Source: Eledone cirrhosa
Lineage: Eukaryota
Assembly: GCA_964016885.1 (NCBI GenBank)
Contig: OZ024745.1
Span: 11,222,001 to 11,286,000 of the forward strand
Length of the DNA stretch: 64,000 nt
Direction of reading: 5' to 3'
Part shown: positions 61,691-64,000 of the stretch, piece after piece
How the letters are laid out: each line of letters begins with the position of its first letter
Numbering within the stretch: position 1 is the stretch's first letter
The notes under the pieces: generated by a model
What the model was told of the DNA's origin: nothing
What the model saw: only the letters and a program-made list of their open reading frames with translations
Database searches by the model: none
Position numbers and translations under genes: made by a program

Positions 61691-63560
61691 GCAGTAATTA
61701 AACATATGATAGCATCTAAACATATGATAGTAACTAAACATATGGTAGTAACTAAACATATGACAGTAACTAAACATATGGTAGTAACTAAACATATGAT
61801 AGTAACTAAACACATGGTAGTAACTAAACATATGATAGTAACTAAACATATGGTAGTAACTAAACCTGACAGTAACTAAACATATGATAGTAACTAAACA
61901 TATGGTAGTAACTAAACATATGATAGTAACTAAACATATGGTAGTAACTAAACATATGGTAGTAACTAAACATATGATAATAGCTAAACATATGATAGTA
62001 ACTAAACATATGGTAGTAACTAAACCTTACAGTAACTAAACATATGATAGTAACTAAACATATGGTAGTAACTAAACATATGGTAGTAACTAAACATATG
62101 ATAGTTGCTAAACATCTGATAGTAACTAAACATATGATAGTAACTAAACATATGGTAGTAACTAAACCTGACAGTAACTAAACATATGATAGTAACTAAA
62201 CATATGATAGTAACTAAACATATGATAGTAACTAAACATATGGTAGTAACTAAACATATGGTAGTAACTAAACATATGGTAGTAACTAAACATATGTTAG
62301 TAACTAAACATATGATAGTAACTAAACATATGATAGTAACTAAACATATGATAGTAACTAAACATATGATAGTAACTAAACATATGGTAGTAACTAAACA
62401 TGACTAACTAAACATATGATAGTAACTAAACTTATGATAGTAACTAAACATATGGTAGTAACTAAACATATGATAGTAACTAAACATATGGTAGTAACTA
62501 AACATATGGTAGTAACTAAACATATGATAGCAACTAAACATATTATAGCAACTAAACATATGATAGTAACTAAACATATGATAGTAACTAAACATATGGT
62601 AGTAACTAAACATATGATAGTAACTAAACATATGATAGTAACTAAACATATGATAGTAACTAAACATATGATAGTAACTAAACATATGGTAGTAACTAAA
62701 CCTGACAGTAACTAAACATATGATAGTAACTAAACATATGATAGTAACTAAACATATGACAGTAACTAAACATATGGTAGTAACTAAACATATGATAGTA
62801 ACTAAACATATGGTAGTAACTAAACATATGATAGCAACTAAACATATGACAGTAACTAAACATATGGTAGTAACTAAACATATGATAGTAACTAAACATA
62901 TGGTAGTAACTAAACATATGATAGTAACCAAACATATGATAGCAACTAAACATATGACAGTAACTAAACATATGGTAGGAACTAAACATATGGTAGTAAC
63001 TAAACATATGGTAGTAACTAAACATATGGTAGTAACTAAACATATGATAGTAACTAAACATATGACAGTAACTAAACATATGGTAGTAACTAAACATATG
63101 ACAGTAACTAAACATATGGTAGTAACTAAACATATGGTAGTAACTAAACTTATGGTAGTAACTAAACATATGGTAGTAACTAAACATATTGTAGGAACTA
63201 AACATATGGTAGTAACTAAACATATGGTAGTAACTAAACATATGGTAGTAACTAAACATATGATAGCAACTAAACATATGACAGTAACTAAACATATGGT
63301 AGTAACTAAACATATGGTAGTAACTATACATATGATAGCAACTAAACATATGGTAGTAACTAAACCTGACAGTAACTAAACATATGGTAGTAACTAAACA
63401 TATGGTAGTAACTAAACATATGGTAGTAACTAAACATATGACAGTAACTAAACATATGGTAGTAACTAAACATATGGTAGTAATTAATCATATGGTAGTA
63501 ACTAAACATATGGTAGTAACTAAACATATGATAGTAACTAAACATATGATAGTAACTAAA
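58600..63560 (+). repeat. Near-identical tandem duplication, period 2972 bp
   Basis: Offset 2972 for 58907/61879, 59214/62186, 59444/62416, 59748/62720 and 60412/63384, and for the 14-bp monomer at 59427/62399. Confidence 0.95.
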
Positions 63561-64000
63561 GATATGGTAGTAACTAAACTTATGATAGTAACTAAACATA
63601 TGGTAGTAACTAAACATATGGTAGTAACTAAACATATGGTAGTAACTAAACATATGATAGCAACTAAACATATGGTAGTAACTAAACATATGATAGCAAC
63701 TAAACATATGATAGTAACTAAACATATGTTAGTAACTAAACATATGACAGTAACTAAAAATATGACAGTAACTAAACATATGGTAGTAACTAAACATGAC
63801 AGTAACTAAACATATGGTAGTAACTAAACATATGATAGTAACTAAACATATGGTAGTAACTAAACATATGGTAGTAACTAAACATTTGGTAGTAACTAAA
63901 CATATGATAGCAACTAAACATATGGTAGTAACTAAACATATGACAGTAACTAAACATATGGTAGTAACTAAACATTTGGTAGTAACTAAACATATGATAG

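Larger units (their letters stand above)
1..64000 (+). repeat. 18-bp satellite DNA array, consensus CATATG(G/A)TAGTAACTAAA, about 3,560 head-to-tail monomers, running off both window ends
   Basis: Every line consists of the monomer. Dominant types are CATATGGTAGTAACTAAA, CATATGATAGTAACTAAA, CATATGACAGTAACTAAA and CATATGATAGCAACTAAA, with occasional 16-, 17- and 14-bp deletion variants. No non-repeat sequence or reverse-orientation monomer was seen. Confidence 0.99.

Noticed and set aside
11-63809. Plus-strand ORFs encoding (MVVTKH)n, up to 627 aa, superficially like a hexapeptide beta-solenoid or repeat protein
   Set aside because: An 18-bp unit without a stop in one frame yields these automatically. 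There is no unique N- or C-terminal domain, the common variation is non-synonymous at codon positions 1-2 while third positions are nearly fixed, and 16/17/14-bp monomers and ACTTAA stops break the frame repeatedly and are themselves amplified. Ribosome profiling or proteomics would be needed to revive this.
289-63993. Minus-strand ORFs (MFSYYH)n and (CLVTTI)n, up to 702 aa
   Set aside because: They are the reverse-complement frames of the same satellite, overlap each other and the plus-strand ORFs everywhere, and switch frame at satellite indels.
1-64000. CRISPR array or other repeat-spacer system
   Set aside because: Repeats are directly adjacent with no unique spacers, leader or cas genes. 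The variable slot is only 2 bp.
1-64000. Telomerase-synthesised telomeric repeat (minus strand TTTAGTTACTACCATATG begins with TTTAG)
   Set aside because: There is no G-rich strand, and rare variants are copied in kilobase blocks, which indicates recombination or replication-based duplication rather than templated addition. A recombination-maintained terminal or subtelomeric satellite cannot be excluded without chromosomal position.
1-64000. TALE-like or diversity-generating code in the two-base variable slot
   Set aside because: No associated coding domain, reverse transcriptase, recombinase or template region is present, and the variant order is explained by block duplication.
1-64000. Fungal RIP signature (many TpA, several CA/TA polymorphisms)
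   Set aside because: The main polymorphism (G/A at position 7) is not in a CpA/TpG context, and CA and TG in CATATG remain intact in the great majority of monomers. Ordinary transition bias suffices.
1-64000. Pure sequencing or assembly artefact, or synthetic sequence
   Set aside because: Hierarchically shared rare variants, private differences between duplicate blocks and the absence of homopolymer-length noise fit a real evolved array. Individual near-identical duplications still need read support.
1-64000. Embedded transposon, inversion, RNA gene or promoter
   Set aside because: No departure from the monomer register longer than a few bases and no reverse-orientation monomers were seen. 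TATA-like words such as TATACA and AAATATAT are monomer variants.

Overview
The whole 64-kb window is one uninterrupted, single-orientation, AT-rich (about 25% GC) tandem array of an 18-bp monomer, consensus CATATG(G/A)TAGTAACTAAA, roughly 3,560 copies. It looks like eukaryotic satellite DNA from centromeric, pericentromeric or other heterochromatin; the organism cannot be assigned from this sequence. I found no unique sequence, credible gene, RNA gene, transposon, CRISPR array or inversion. All predicted ORFs (MVVTKH, MFSYYH and CLVTTI hexapeptide repeats) arise because an 18-bp unit happens to lack stops in three of six frames. The informative signal is in the monomer variants. They reveal nested irregular higher-order duplications (periods of about 354/372, 486, 558, 630, 809, 874/892, 1042/1060, 1148, 1574, 1927, 2007, 2135, 2706, 2972, 3221, 4095, 4824 and 5.9-7.3 kb). 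They also show an old variant cassette recurring 18 times across the window, a proximal/distal sub-family switch near 27 kb, indels concentrated at one site, and mappable recombination junctions. The monomer is built from two dyads (CATATG and TAGT-A-ACTA). I cannot support a novel protein-coding system here. Offsets were read from marker variants and ORF-track coordinates, and block boundaries are approximate.
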